DNA of 41,691 bases from a virus (Duplodnaviria; Caudoviricetes), in the IMG/VR virus record IMGVR_UViG_3300037604_000033, positions 1 to 41,691 of that record. One strand, 5' to 3'. The notes under the pieces are model-generated. The model searched no databases. It worked only from the letters and a program-made list of their open reading frames with translations, and was not told where the DNA came from. Positions within the stretch are counted from its first letter, which is position 1. The number at the start of each line of letters is the position of its first letter. Below, one piece after another: positions 8,180-16,073 of this stretch. The position numbers and the translations under genes were made by a program.

Positions 8180-9209
8180 GGTCTCGGCCTCGATCCCCGC
8201 CGAAATCCCAACCGTGCGCGAGCAGGCGCTCGGGCAGATCGGACGGCGCAAGCTTGGTGTAACGGCGCACCATCGCCGGCGACCGCCAGCCTCCGCGCGC
8301 TTCGAGGCGCAGCGTGTCGCCCGTGGCGGCATAGAACCACGTCGCCCAAGTGTGGCGCAGCACATGCGGCGTCACGTCCTGGCCGAGGCCAGCGCGCTCG
8401 CGGGCGGCGTTGAAAGCGAATGACATCTGCCCGCCGCCGTTCTCATAAAGCCGGTACGGGTTTCCCTTCGGCGTCCTGAAAGCCGCTCCGGTTTCCGGCA
8501 GGCCGTCGAGCAGGGCCTGCCAGGCGCGCTCGGGCGGGACGATCCATCTCGGGTGTCCCGTTTTGCTCGCGCCGTCTCTCTCGGCGGCGATGAGCGCTTC
8601 TCCCGAGCCCTGCGATATGTCGCGGACCTGAAGCGCCAGCAGCTCGCCCATGCGCAGGCCGGTCCCGAGCAGAACCACGACAACGCGGCGCAGGCGGGGC
8701 TTGCAGGCCGCGATGAGGGCTTCGGCTTCCTCGGGCGTGAGCCATCGCGTGCGCGGATTGTCCTGGCGCGGGCGGGGGCGCTTTCCAGCGTAGTAATTGA
8801 GGACGGCGCGCGCCGGCGTCACGGCCTGGCGGTGGCGGGTCGAGGGCTGCGCCTTGGGGTAGAGCGCTCGGCCTGCGCGCTCGATCTCGGCCTCGGTGAT
8901 GTCCGACACGCGCCGGCCGCGAAAATGGATGATGAGCGGCTTGAGGAAGCGCGGGCCGTGGCCGGCTTCCATGTAGGCGAGGGCGGCTTCCTCGAAGGTG
9001 GTTTCATCAATGCCGACCTCGCGCTTGTAACGGCGCTCAAGCTCGGCGATGGCGGCCGCCTCTATTCGCCGCGCCGCCGCCTCTGCGGCCTTTCGGTCGC
9101 GCGTTCGAGTGCTTTCTCGAACGCGGAGCGAGAGCCGCTGCGCCCCGAACGTCGCGTCGACCACCCCGTCGACGTGCCAGACGTCGCCCCGTCGCTTGAG
9201 CTTGAGCAT
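8151..9209 (-). CDS. int: Tyrosine recombinase / integrase
   Basis: Catalytic motifs TGLRMGE (R), HVLRH (HxxR), GGW and RRY. Start placed at MLKLKRRGDVW (9209), 352 aa. Confidence 0.93.
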   Translation of the reverse strand: MLKLKRRGDVWHVDGVVDATFGAQRLSLRVRESTRTRDRKAAEAAARRIEAAAIAELERRYKREVGIDETTFEEAALAYMEAGHGPRFLKPLIIHFRGRRVSDITEAEIERAGRALYPKAQPSTRHRQAVTPARAVLNYYAGKRPRPRQDNPRTRWLTPEEAEALIAACKPRLRRVVVVLLGTGLRMGELLALQVRDISQGSGEALIAAERDGASKTGHPRWIVPPERAWQALLDGLPETGAAFRTPKGNPYRLYENGGGQMSFAFNAARERAGLGQDVTPHVLRHTWATWFYAATGDTLRLEARGGWRSPAMVRRYTKLAPSDLPERLLAHGWDFGGDRGRDRGDRPNALR

Positions 9210-9451
9210 CCCTTCCCGCCTTCCGTCTTCTGCCGCGCCCGCGCCTCGCGCTCCTGGTGCTCGATTTCGAGGCGGCGGCGCAGCTCGCGAATGTCCGCCT
9301 GATAGAACAGCCGGCGCCGCCCATGATAGACGCCGACGTCGGAATGCCGGACGATCACGTCGCTGAAAGCCCGGATGCTCAAGCCGATGATGCGCGCCGC
9401 CTGCTCGCGCGTGGCGGGGACTTCGGCCCAATCTGGCAGGTCGTCAGGCAT
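9062..9451 (-). CDS. xis: Putative excisionase / recombination directionality factor
   Basis: Small basic winged-HTH-like protein (TREQAARIIGLS..GRRRLFYQADI) immediately upstream of int. Its Ser/Arg-rich tail overlaps the int 5' end by 148 nt. Confidence 0.65.
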   Translation of the reverse strand: MPDDLPDWAEVPATREQAARIIGLSIRAFSDVIVRHSDVGVYHGRRRLFYQADIRELRRRLEIEHQEREARARQKTEGGKGCSSSSDGATSGTSTGWSTRRSGRSGSRSAFEKALERATERPQRRRRGE

Positions 9452-9659
9452 GGCGAAGCCTCACGGCTTTGACGATCTCGGCGGCGCGCCGGTAGTGGCT
9501 CGACCGTGCGGCGGCGCGCCGGCCGACGCCCTGCGCGGCCTGCGCCTCGCCCTCGAGGCGCAGCTCGGCGTCGCGCAGCGTCGCGCGCACGATCTGATCA
9601 ACCTCTTGGCGGGTGTAGAGCCTTCCGGTGTCGCCATACTTGATTGCGGTTTCAGCCAT
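9444..9659 (-). CDS. Hypothetical protein
   Basis: 71 aa, short overlaps with both neighbours in the leftward operon. Confidence 0.65.
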   Translation of the reverse strand: MAETAIKYGDTGRLYTRQEVDQIVRATLRDAELRLEGEAQAAQGVGRRAAARSSHYRRAAEIVKAVRLRHA

Positions 9660-9774
9660 GGCGCGGGCGTCCTTCCAGTTTGTCGAGTCGGCGATGCAGG
9701 CGCGCGAGCGACGCGAAACAGGCGATGCCGGCGCCGAGCGCCAGCGCCGAGACGATCAGGGCGGCGGTGGTCAT
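9652..9774 (-). CDS. Small membrane protein (40 aa, absent from the ORF track)
   Basis: Translated by hand as MTTAALIVSALALGAGIACFASLARLHRRLDKLEGRPRHG. AAGGAG RBS, ATGA overlap upstream, and it exactly fills the gap. Confidence 0.7.
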   Translation of the reverse strand: MTTAALIVSALALGAGIACFASLARLHRRLDKLEGRPRHG

Positions 9775-9971
9775 GACTTCTCCTTCTCGAAAAGGTCGCC
9801 GACCGCCGGCGGGCGGCGATAGTCCTGCGCGATGGCTTCCATGATCGAGAGCCGGCGGTCGGCCTGGTCCTGCGTCATGCGGTCGGCCTGGACCTCTCGC
9901 GGATACACGCGCTTGCGCATCGCGATCTCACGCTCGAGTTCGGCGAGCTTGTCCTGCGCCGACCAGCTCAT
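9771..9971 (-). CDS. Conserved phage hypothetical protein
   Basis: MSWSAQDKLAELEREIAMRKRVYP.. 66 aa, GGAGGG RBS, ATGA coupling on both sides. Confidence 0.75.
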   Translation of the reverse strand: MSWSAQDKLAELEREIAMRKRVYPREVQADRMTQDQADRRLSIMEAIAQDYRRPPAVGDLFEKEKS

Positions 9972-10183
9972 GCGGTTTCCCTCCGCTGCGGTTTTTCGGG
10001 TGTGGCGGGCTGGAATTCGCCGCACCATTCCTGCTCGCCGACATGCGGGGCGTCGAAGCTTGGGAAGTAGTCGCAAGGCCATGTCACGACAGGCGGGAAC
10101 CTCCTGCACCATCCCGACCCGTCCGACTCGGGGTCGGCGCGACGCTTGAAAAAGCGGCATGCGCCGCAGCTCTCGCCGCTCAT
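9968..10183 (-). CDS. Small Cys-rich putative metal-binding protein
   Basis: CGAC..WCRRFPP..WCGEF four-Cys pattern; ATGA-coupled. Confidence 0.7.
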   Translation of the reverse strand: MSGESCGACRFFKRRADPESDGSGWCRRFPPVVTWPCDYFPSFDAPHVGEQEWCGEFQPATPEKPQRRETA

Positions 10184-10578
10184 CGCCGACCGCCTTTGAT
10201 GAGCGCGCGCATGCGGTCCATTTCTGCGGCGGTCGGGTAGGGCGGCACGAGCGGCCGCCCGGCGATCCCGGCGTCGAGCGTGGCGCGTTCGTCTGGCGTG
10301 AGGCCGCCAAGCGCCCGGTCGAGGCGTTCCGCGAAGCCATCGGGGATCGCGACCGGCGTCTCGATGATCTCGGTGCGGTTCTCGGGATCGCCGGCGAAGC
10401 CGCGCTCGGCGAGCTGCGCGGCGATATCCGCCGGCGGGCTGAGCTGCACGCGGCGCCCGTGCTCGATCTGCACCATGTGCGACGGCTTGAGGCCGAGGGC
10501 TCGCGCCATCTCAACGGTCGTCATCCCGCGCCCGAGGCGGATGCGGGCCAGGGCGTCTCGAAGCGGGGGGCGGCTCAT
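10180..10578 (-). CDS. XRE-family HTH protein
   Basis: LARIRLGRGMTTVEMARALGLKPSHMVQIEHGRR is a classic XRE HTH. ATGA overlap with the MipZ-like gene. Confidence 0.8.
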   Translation of the reverse strand: MSRPPLRDALARIRLGRGMTTVEMARALGLKPSHMVQIEHGRRVQLSPPADIAAQLAERGFAGDPENRTEIIETPVAIPDGFAERLDRALGGLTPDERATLDAGIAGRPLVPPYPTAAEMDRMRALIKGGRR

Positions 10579-11432
10579 GCGATGGCCTCCCGCTGGTCGC
10601 CGGCGAGGCGGGCGGAGAGGCCGGCGAACAGGCGATTGATCTCGCCGCGCGCGGCCTCGAAATCGAGCGCGCGGGCGTCGTCGGGCGCCTTCACGTCGAG
10701 CACGGTGAGCCCGTAGGGCCAGAGATCGGAATAGACCGGGCGTTGAGCGATGCCGGCCAGCAGCTCAAACCCGAGCTTGTCGGGCTTCGAGAGCATTTCG
10801 AGCACGCGCCAGACCCGAGACTCCGAGAGCGGCTGCCGGGCGTCGTATCGGTTGAGCACGACTGACCAGGTGATGCGCCCGACGTCGCGCGTCTGGCGAA
10901 TGATGTTCGCCTTGGCGACGGATTCGGCATAGGCGGCCGCGTTCACGTAAGCCCGCGTCGCCGGGTCAAACTTGGCGATGAGGTCAAGGTCGACCATCGA
11001 CGCGCCGAGCGGCGTGATGAGCAGATCGGCCGCGACATGCGCGACCTGTGAAAGCGTCGTATCGGCGCCGGGACAGTCGACCACGACCACATCGACGACG
11101 GGCAGCAGGTCGTCGACCGCCTCGCGAAACGCCCGGTAATCGGCGGCGAGGCGCAGCTCGCCCTGCGTCTCGCGCGAGGCCTGGACGAACCGCCGGCGCG
11201 GCAGGGTGAGCGCGTGGCCCTTCGCTTTCATGAAGGCCGCCCGGTTCTCGAAAAAGCCGTCCGTGCTGCGCTGCTGCACGTCGAGGTCGATGAGACCAAC
11301 CGTCATGTCGCTCGCCAGCAGCTTCGCGACCAGGTGGCAGACGGTGGTCGACTTGCTCGACCCGCCCTTGATGTTGCCGACGACCACGACCTGCCCGGCC
11401 CAAGCCTCGCGCATGTCTTCAATGCTGAGCAT
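10575..11432 (-). CDS. mipZ: MipZ-like ParA/MinD-family ATPase
   Basis: VVVGNIKGGSSKST, IDLDVQQRS..FFENR, VDCPG, AHVAADLLITP..SMVDLDLI, W.VVLNR, GF....GI.QR.VY.DLWPYGLT.LD, AARGEI. These match MipZ-specific motifs recalled from alphaproteobacterial MipZ. Confidence 0.85.
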   Translation of the reverse strand: MLSIEDMREAWAGQVVVVGNIKGGSSKSTTVCHLVAKLLASDMTVGLIDLDVQQRSTDGFFENRAAFMKAKGHALTLPRRRFVQASRETQGELRLAADYRAFREAVDDLLPVVDVVVVDCPGADTTLSQVAHVAADLLITPLGASMVDLDLIAKFDPATRAYVNAAAYAESVAKANIIRQTRDVGRITWSVVLNRYDARQPLSESRVWRVLEMLSKPDKLGFELLAGIAQRPVYSDLWPYGLTVLDVKAPDDARALDFEAARGEINRLFAGLSARLAGDQREAIA

Positions 11433-11435
11433 CGC

Positions 11436-14297
11436 TCATGCCTCCCTTACCTGCCCGCGCTTCGCGCCGGCGTTGACGTTGGCCCAAGCGGTGCGCGCCG
11501 CTTCGTCGCGGTTCATGCCCTGGCCGACGAGGCGGTTGGCCTCGCGCATGGCCAGCCGCTTCAAGGCCTTCTGATCTCGGAAATATTCGGCGTTCTTCGC
11601 CATCTCTGCGGTCGGGCGAAACGCGCCATTGCTCACGACAAGCCCGCCCTCGGCGAGGTCGGTCGGCCGGCGACGCATCAGCCCGTTGTGCAGCGTGGAT
11701 CGCTGGCGCTCCGGGTTGAGGTCGTCGGCGTTGACCGGCGCCAGCCCGTCGCCGACCGTGCCGCCGGCTTCAAGCTCAAGCGACTCCGGGTCGAAAACCG
11801 AGCTGCCGTCATCGCCATGGTCGCGGAAGCCTGCGCCCGCCCCGGCCGGGGCTCCCGAGATGTAATCGGCCGGGTACTCGTCAAAAGGGCGCTGGCGGGC
11901 TCCTGCAGCCCGCTCGGGCTCGGCCTGGTCGTCGCCGATGTCGTGCAGTCCGAGCCCGCCGCGCCGCTTCTCGCGCAGCTCCTGACGCCGCCGCGCCAGC
12001 TCTGCCGCGTCCTGGTCGGCCGTCGAGGCTGGCGAGGGCGGTCCTTCGGCAGGGGCGCCCTGCTCGGGCTGGACCGAAGCGCCGGCGAGCGTGTCGAGGT
12101 CGAGCGGCGCTTCCGCAGCGGGCTCGGGCTCGGGCTCATGCCGGCGCTCCATCTCGGCGGCCATGCGGCGCGCCTCGGCCATCCATCCGTCATCAGCCTT
12201 GGGCTCGGCCTGGTCGGCCGCCTCCGGCGCATCAGCCTCGGTCTCGGCCTGGTCGGCCGCCTCCGGCGCGTCGGCCTCGGGCTCGGCCTGGTCGGCCGCC
12301 TCCGGCGCATCAGCCTCGGTCTCGGCCTGGTCGGCCGCCTCCGGCGCGTCGGCCTCGGGCTCGGCCTGGTCGGCCGCCTCCGGCGCGTCGGCCTCGGGCT
12401 CGGCCTGATCGGCCGCCTTCGGCGTGTCGGCCTCGGGCTCGGCGGGCTTGCCGAACCGGATTCGGGAGAACAGGCCGGTGCGCTGTTCTCCGGTCTCGGC
12501 GGGTTCGGCCGGCGCCGAGACCGGCCGGGCGCCGGCTGCCTCGGGTTCGCCGGCGTCTGCGGCGGGCGCGCCTGCTGCGGCCGCCGGCTGCGTCTCGGGC
12601 GCGGTTGCCGGGCGCGGCGTGACTTTGAGCCCGACGCCGCCAGCGGCAATCCGCACGACTTCCGAGCCGACATCGCCAGCAAGGCGGCCGAGCGCGCCGG
12701 CGATGCGTCCGGCCCGCGTGGGGCCGCTCGGCGGGGCCGGCAGCGCGTTGCGGGCGAGCTGCGCGTCGAGCTTCGCCGAGAGGTCGGCCAGGCTCGCCGG
12801 ATCGGCGCCCGCCTGGACCGCCGCGCGATAGTCGCCGAGCGCGCCGAGCGTGCGCTCGCGCTCGATCTCGGCCTGCAGGCGCGCCGCGTGGCGGGCCTGG
12901 TCGGCGAGAATCCAGCTGCGTTCGGCGTGCGCCTCGAGCGCCGCAACCGCGACGTCGCCGCGAACGAGGCTGAGCCACATCCTGCGCAGCCATCCGACCA
13001 GGCCGAGGCTCGGCCGGCGCGGGCGGGCGTGTACGCGCCACAGAGAGGCCAGCAGATCGAACAGAAGCGAGATCAGCAGGCCGCCGCAGATTTTGACGCC
13101 TTCGGGCGTCGCCCCGATGAAGCGGCCGACCGGGTTGTTGACGAGCATCAGCAGGATGGCCGCCCAAACCTGCGCGCCCCATTCGCTGCCGGTCACGGTG
13201 AGCCCTTCGAGCTTGCGGCGCAGCTCATCCGACCGCTTTTCCTTCCGGGCGGCGTCCTCGCGGAGGGCGGGCAGGCTGGCGCTCGCCTGGGCGACGGCTT
13301 CCTCGGCGGCGCGGCGGGCGCTCGCGCGGCTTTCGAGTTCGGCCGCGCGGATCGCGGCCAGGGCGACGCGGGCCTGCGCCGCTTCGCCGCGCTCGGCCGC
13401 GCGTGCCTTCTCGGCCTCGGCGAGCGCTTCGACGATGGGCTTGAGCTCTTCGCGGGCGGCGTTGGCCGCGTCGCGCGCGCCGCGCCATAGCGGGCCGTCG
13501 CCAGCCTTGAGCACGGGGTCGCCATCCTGGCCGACGCAGCCGGGCAGGCTCGCGCTGCCGTGCAGCTCGCAATCCGCGACGGCCTGCAGCCGGTCGACAT
13601 CCTCGCGCAGTCGCGCCACACGCGCGCGCTCCGGCGCGAGCGGGTCATCGGTCGGCGCGTCCTGCCGGGCGGCGGCGGCCGCCGCCTCGGCGGCGCGGCG
13701 GGCCTCGGTCTCGGCCGCCAGCAGATCGGCGATGCGGGCATTGCCGGCGGCGACACTGTCAAGCGCCGACTGGATGGAGGCCTTGGCGATCCTCTGCGCC
13801 TCCGTGGCCTCGGCGATATCCTTTTCCAGGGCCGTCCGCTGCTGGGCGATCTCGGTTTTGCGCTGCGCCTGGTCCTGCGCCGTCTGCTCGCCCTTGGCGA
13901 TGTAGGCATGGAAGGTCGCCGCCGAGGTGATGACCGACGCCAGCGTGATGAGCCGCGCCTGCATCAGCAGGCCTCGGCTGTAAAGGATCATGGCCAGGCA
14001 GATCATGGCGCCAAACCCGAGCGTGCCGACCATCTGCGTTGCGGTCGGCGTGCCGGTGAGGACGCCATACATGGTCGAGGCCGAGGTCGAGGCGCTGACG
14101 CCGCCGGCGAACAGCGCCGCCATGTCGAGCACGGTGAAGGGCGGGGCCTTCGCGCCCGATTGCGCCTCGCGCCGGTGGCGCAGCCAGTGGGCGAGGATGA
14201 AGGCCAGCAGCCCGAGCGCCAGCCCGTAGGGCAGCAGCTCGGGCGAGAGCGCGCGATCGAGATACGCGCCCGCCTGGAGTTGGATTTCGTCGAGCAT
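11436..14297 (-). CDS. Large membrane-anchored coiled-coil protein with acidic repeat region (DUF4407-like)
   Basis: Start placed at MLDEIQ (AGGAGAG RBS), 953 aa. About 3-4 N-terminal hydrophobic helices, a coiled coil with a CExxG..C..GxGP hairpin motif, 1-2 further hydrophobic helices and a long Glu/Pro/Ala-rich tail. Confidence 0.8.
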   Translation of the reverse strand: MLDEIQLQAGAYLDRALSPELLPYGLALGLLAFILAHWLRHRREAQSGAKAPPFTVLDMAALFAGGVSASTSASTMYGVLTGTPTATQMVGTLGFGAMICLAMILYSRGLLMQARLITLASVITSAATFHAYIAKGEQTAQDQAQRKTEIAQQRTALEKDIAEATEAQRIAKASIQSALDSVAAGNARIADLLAAETEARRAAEAAAAAARQDAPTDDPLAPERARVARLREDVDRLQAVADCELHGSASLPGCVGQDGDPVLKAGDGPLWRGARDAANAAREELKPIVEALAEAEKARAAERGEAAQARVALAAIRAAELESRASARRAAEEAVAQASASLPALREDAARKEKRSDELRRKLEGLTVTGSEWGAQVWAAILLMLVNNPVGRFIGATPEGVKICGGLLISLLFDLLASLWRVHARPRRPSLGLVGWLRRMWLSLVRGDVAVAALEAHAERSWILADQARHAARLQAEIERERTLGALGDYRAAVQAGADPASLADLSAKLDAQLARNALPAPPSGPTRAGRIAGALGRLAGDVGSEVVRIAAGGVGLKVTPRPATAPETQPAAAAGAPAADAGEPEAAGARPVSAPAEPAETGEQRTGLFSRIRFGKPAEPEADTPKAADQAEPEADAPEAADQAEPEADAPEAADQAETEADAPEAADQAEPEADAPEAADQAETEADAPEAADQAEPKADDGWMAEARRMAAEMERRHEPEPEPAAEAPLDLDTLAGASVQPEQGAPAEGPPSPASTADQDAAELARRRQELREKRRGGLGLHDIGDDQAEPERAAGARQRPFDEYPADYISGAPAGAGAGFRDHGDDGSSVFDPESLELEAGGTVGDGLAPVNADDLNPERQRSTLHNGLMRRRPTDLAEGGLVVSNGAFRPTAEMAKNAEYFRDQKALKRLAMREANRLVGQGMNRDEAARTAWANVNAGAKRGQVREA
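12192..12443. repeat. 39-bp tandem repeat, 6 full copies plus partial flanks (13-aa EPEADAPEAADQA)
   Basis: Unit CTCGGCCTGGTCGGCCGCCTCCGGCGCRTCRGCCTCGGK starts at 12204, 12243, 12282, 12321, 12360 and 12399; in frame within the 953-aa gene. Confidence 0.95.
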
Positions 14298-14310
14298 CGG
14301 GTGCGCTCTC

Positions 14311-14586
14311 CTAGATGATGCCGGCGACGGCGCCGGCGCAAAGGTCGATGATGAGTTCCGCCGACGCATCGTGCGGGACGTTCGCCGGCCCGAAGGCCTC
14401 GCGCGCCGCCGCCCGCGCTTCGTCGAGCGAGCAGCGCGCCTGCAGTCTGCAATCCTGCGCCATGCTGGCGTCGCCGGCGGCGTCATGGGCGCGCGCCCTG
14501 GCGGCGCGAGAGATCGCCCCGAGGGCGTGCGCTTCGGCGCGGTGCCGGGGCTTGGCGTCGTCGCTGAGCTGGATGATGACGGCCAT
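14311..14586 (-). CDS. Hypothetical protein
   Basis: MAVIIQLSDD.. 91 aa; GGAGGG RBS; TGATG overlap with the upstream gene. Confidence 0.65.
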   Translation of the reverse strand: MAVIIQLSDDAKPRHRAEAHALGAISRAARARAHDAAGDASMAQDCRLQARCSLDEARAAAREAFGPANVPHDASAELIIDLCAGAVAGII

Positions 14587-15008
14587 CACACGCCCTCCCG
14601 CGTGTGCTCGATCGCCTTGTCGGCCGGCTGCGTCCGCCAGTCGGGCCAGTCGCGCAGTTCGTTGCGGTCCTGCTTTTCCTTCACGGCGCGGGCGATGCGC
14701 TCGGGCTCCAAGCCGGCGCGCCAAGCAAGATCGAGCGAGAGCAGGATCACGTCTGCGGCTTCGGCGGCGAGCGCGTCGCGGGTGTCCTTCGCCTCTTTCG
14801 CGATGCTGCCGGGGATCGGGCCGAGCGTCGTCGCCAAGGCTTCGCTCTCGGCTTCCTGGGCGGCCTCGGCGGCCTCGCTCGCCTTGGCGAATTCGGCCAG
14901 CTCGCGCCGGATATGGTCGGACACGCCGGCGACGCGGCGTCCGGGACCGAAGGTCGCGCGGGAGAACGCGCGTTGCCGGTAGAGATGGGCGACAAGGTCG
15001 AAGCTCAT
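14586..15008 (-). CDS. DUF550-family dATP/dGTP pyrophosphohydrolase-domain (MazG-like) protein
   Basis: HL.RQRAFS.ATFGPG.R..GV.DHIR.EL.E, E.ADV.LL.LD..WR.G and N..R.WPDWR....DKAIEH motifs. Confidence 0.8.
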   Translation of the reverse strand: MSFDLVAHLYRQRAFSRATFGPGRRVAGVSDHIRRELAEFAKASEAAEAAQEAESEALATTLGPIPGSIAKEAKDTRDALAAEAADVILLSLDLAWRAGLEPERIARAVKEKQDRNELRDWPDWRTQPADKAIEHTREGV

Positions 15009-15652
15009 GAGCGAAATTCCTTCCAGCCGCGCCGGATGGCGCGTTGTTCCGCCGCGACGCGGCGCTCGAGGTGGTCAAGGTCGATCGCCTCGCCGAGCGC
15101 CGACTCGGCGACGCGGTGCGGAGCGACGAAAGGCGGCATCGGCTGGCAGGGCTTGCCGAGCGCGTGGTCGACGATCCGCGCCATGATCAGGCGCGCGTCG
15201 GGCTTGCGCATCGCCGGCGCGCGCGGGCCGTCCGGGCGCCAGATCATCAGCGCGATCTGATTGCCGTCATGCTCTCCGAGGCTGCGCACCACGAAAGCTG
15301 CGGCGGCGGCGGCGGGATCGTCATAGCGGACGAACAGCGAGACGGCGGTCGCGCGGCAGGACTTGCGCCATATGTCGAGCATTTCTGGCGACGCCTCGCC
15401 GCGCGCCGTGTGTCGCATCGCGCCGATGGTGCCGGCGAAGGCGGCTTCGGCGTTCGCGTCGTTCGCGGCGGCGATGATGCGGTCGAAGCGCTCGAAGAAG
15501 TCCGCCCATGCGAGCGCGGCGGCCGCCATCGCTTCGACGTCGCCCTGCCGTGAGCGGCGGTCGATGATCTGCGCCGCTCGCTCGTGGCGGCCCGGCGTCT
15601 GCATCAGGGCGCGTTTCACGGCGCGCTGCAGTGGCGATGAGGTCGCGGTCAT
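15005..15652 (-). CDS. Hypothetical protein
   Basis: 215 aa, GGAGG RBS, ATGA-coupled at both ends. Confidence 0.7.
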   Translation of the reverse strand: MTATSSPLQRAVKRALMQTPGRHERAAQIIDRRSRQGDVEAMAAAALAWADFFERFDRIIAAANDANAEAAFAGTIGAMRHTARGEASPEMLDIWRKSCRATAVSLFVRYDDPAAAAAAFVVRSLGEHDGNQIALMIWRPDGPRAPAMRKPDARLIMARIVDHALGKPCQPMPPFVAPHRVAESALGEAIDLDHLERRVAAEQRAIRRGWKEFRS

Positions 15653-15852
15653 GGCTGCGCCTCCGTCATGAGGCGCGGCGGCGCTGGGGCGCGTCTGGCG
15701 CGGCGGTCGCGCCGCTCCATCCGAGAGGCCTTGTCGCGCAGGAAATCCGCCACGCGCTGCAGCGGCTCCATCTCGGCATCGGTCGCGCCCTCATAGGCCT
15801 CGCACCATTCGGCGGCGAAGCGCAGGTCATCGGGCGTCACGGGGCGGCTCAC
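15649..15852 (-). CDS. Hypothetical protein (paralogue of 15849-16073)
   Basis: 67 aa, coupled; 18/44 identities to the upstream neighbour by hand alignment. Confidence 0.7.
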   Translation of the reverse strand: MSRPVTPDDLRFAAEWCEAYEGATDAEMEPLQRVADFLRDKASRMERRDRRARRAPAPPRLMTEAQP

Positions 15853-16073
15853 AGCGCCACGCTCGACCGACCCGGCCGGGTCAGTGCGCCTCTTGGACAG
15901 GTGGCGGCCTCGCGCTCGCGGCGGCGCTGGCGGGTGTCCGCCTCATCGCGCAGCCTCTCGGCGAAGTCCGCGAAGGTGATGGCCTCATGGGGCATTGCCC
16001 CGGCCAGCGCGTCGCAATACTCGGCGACGCCGCGCAGGGCCTCGGGCGTGAGATAGGGCGCGCGCTCGGTCAT
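15849..16073 (-). CDS. Hypothetical protein (paralogue of 15649-15852)
   Basis: 74 aa, GGGGAGG RBS, coupled. Confidence 0.7.
   Translation of the reverse strand: MTERAPYLTPEALRGVAEYCDALAGAMPHEAITFADFAERLRDEADTRQRRREREAATCPRGALTRPGRSSVAL

Noticed and set aside
10575-11432. Plasmid-prophage ParABS partition system
   Set aside because: The motifs fit MipZ better than plasmid ParA, there is no ParB or parS-like array, and an integrase plus tRNA attP indicate integration.
12192-12443. 39-bp repeats as a CRISPR array
   Set aside because: The units are head-to-tail with no unique spacers, the length is a multiple of 3, they are in frame in a CDS, and there are no cas genes.
11214-13490. 758-aa plus-strand ORF and other long antisense ORFs (e.g. 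20790-22763, 27724-29064, 31425-32459)
   Set aside because: These are shadow frames of well-supported genes in high-GC DNA, with no motifs and no RBS or coupling support.
14586-15008. Z-genome (2-aminoadenine) pathway
   Set aside because: DUF550 occurs in such clusters, but no PurZ, DatZ or phage DNA polymerase is visible.
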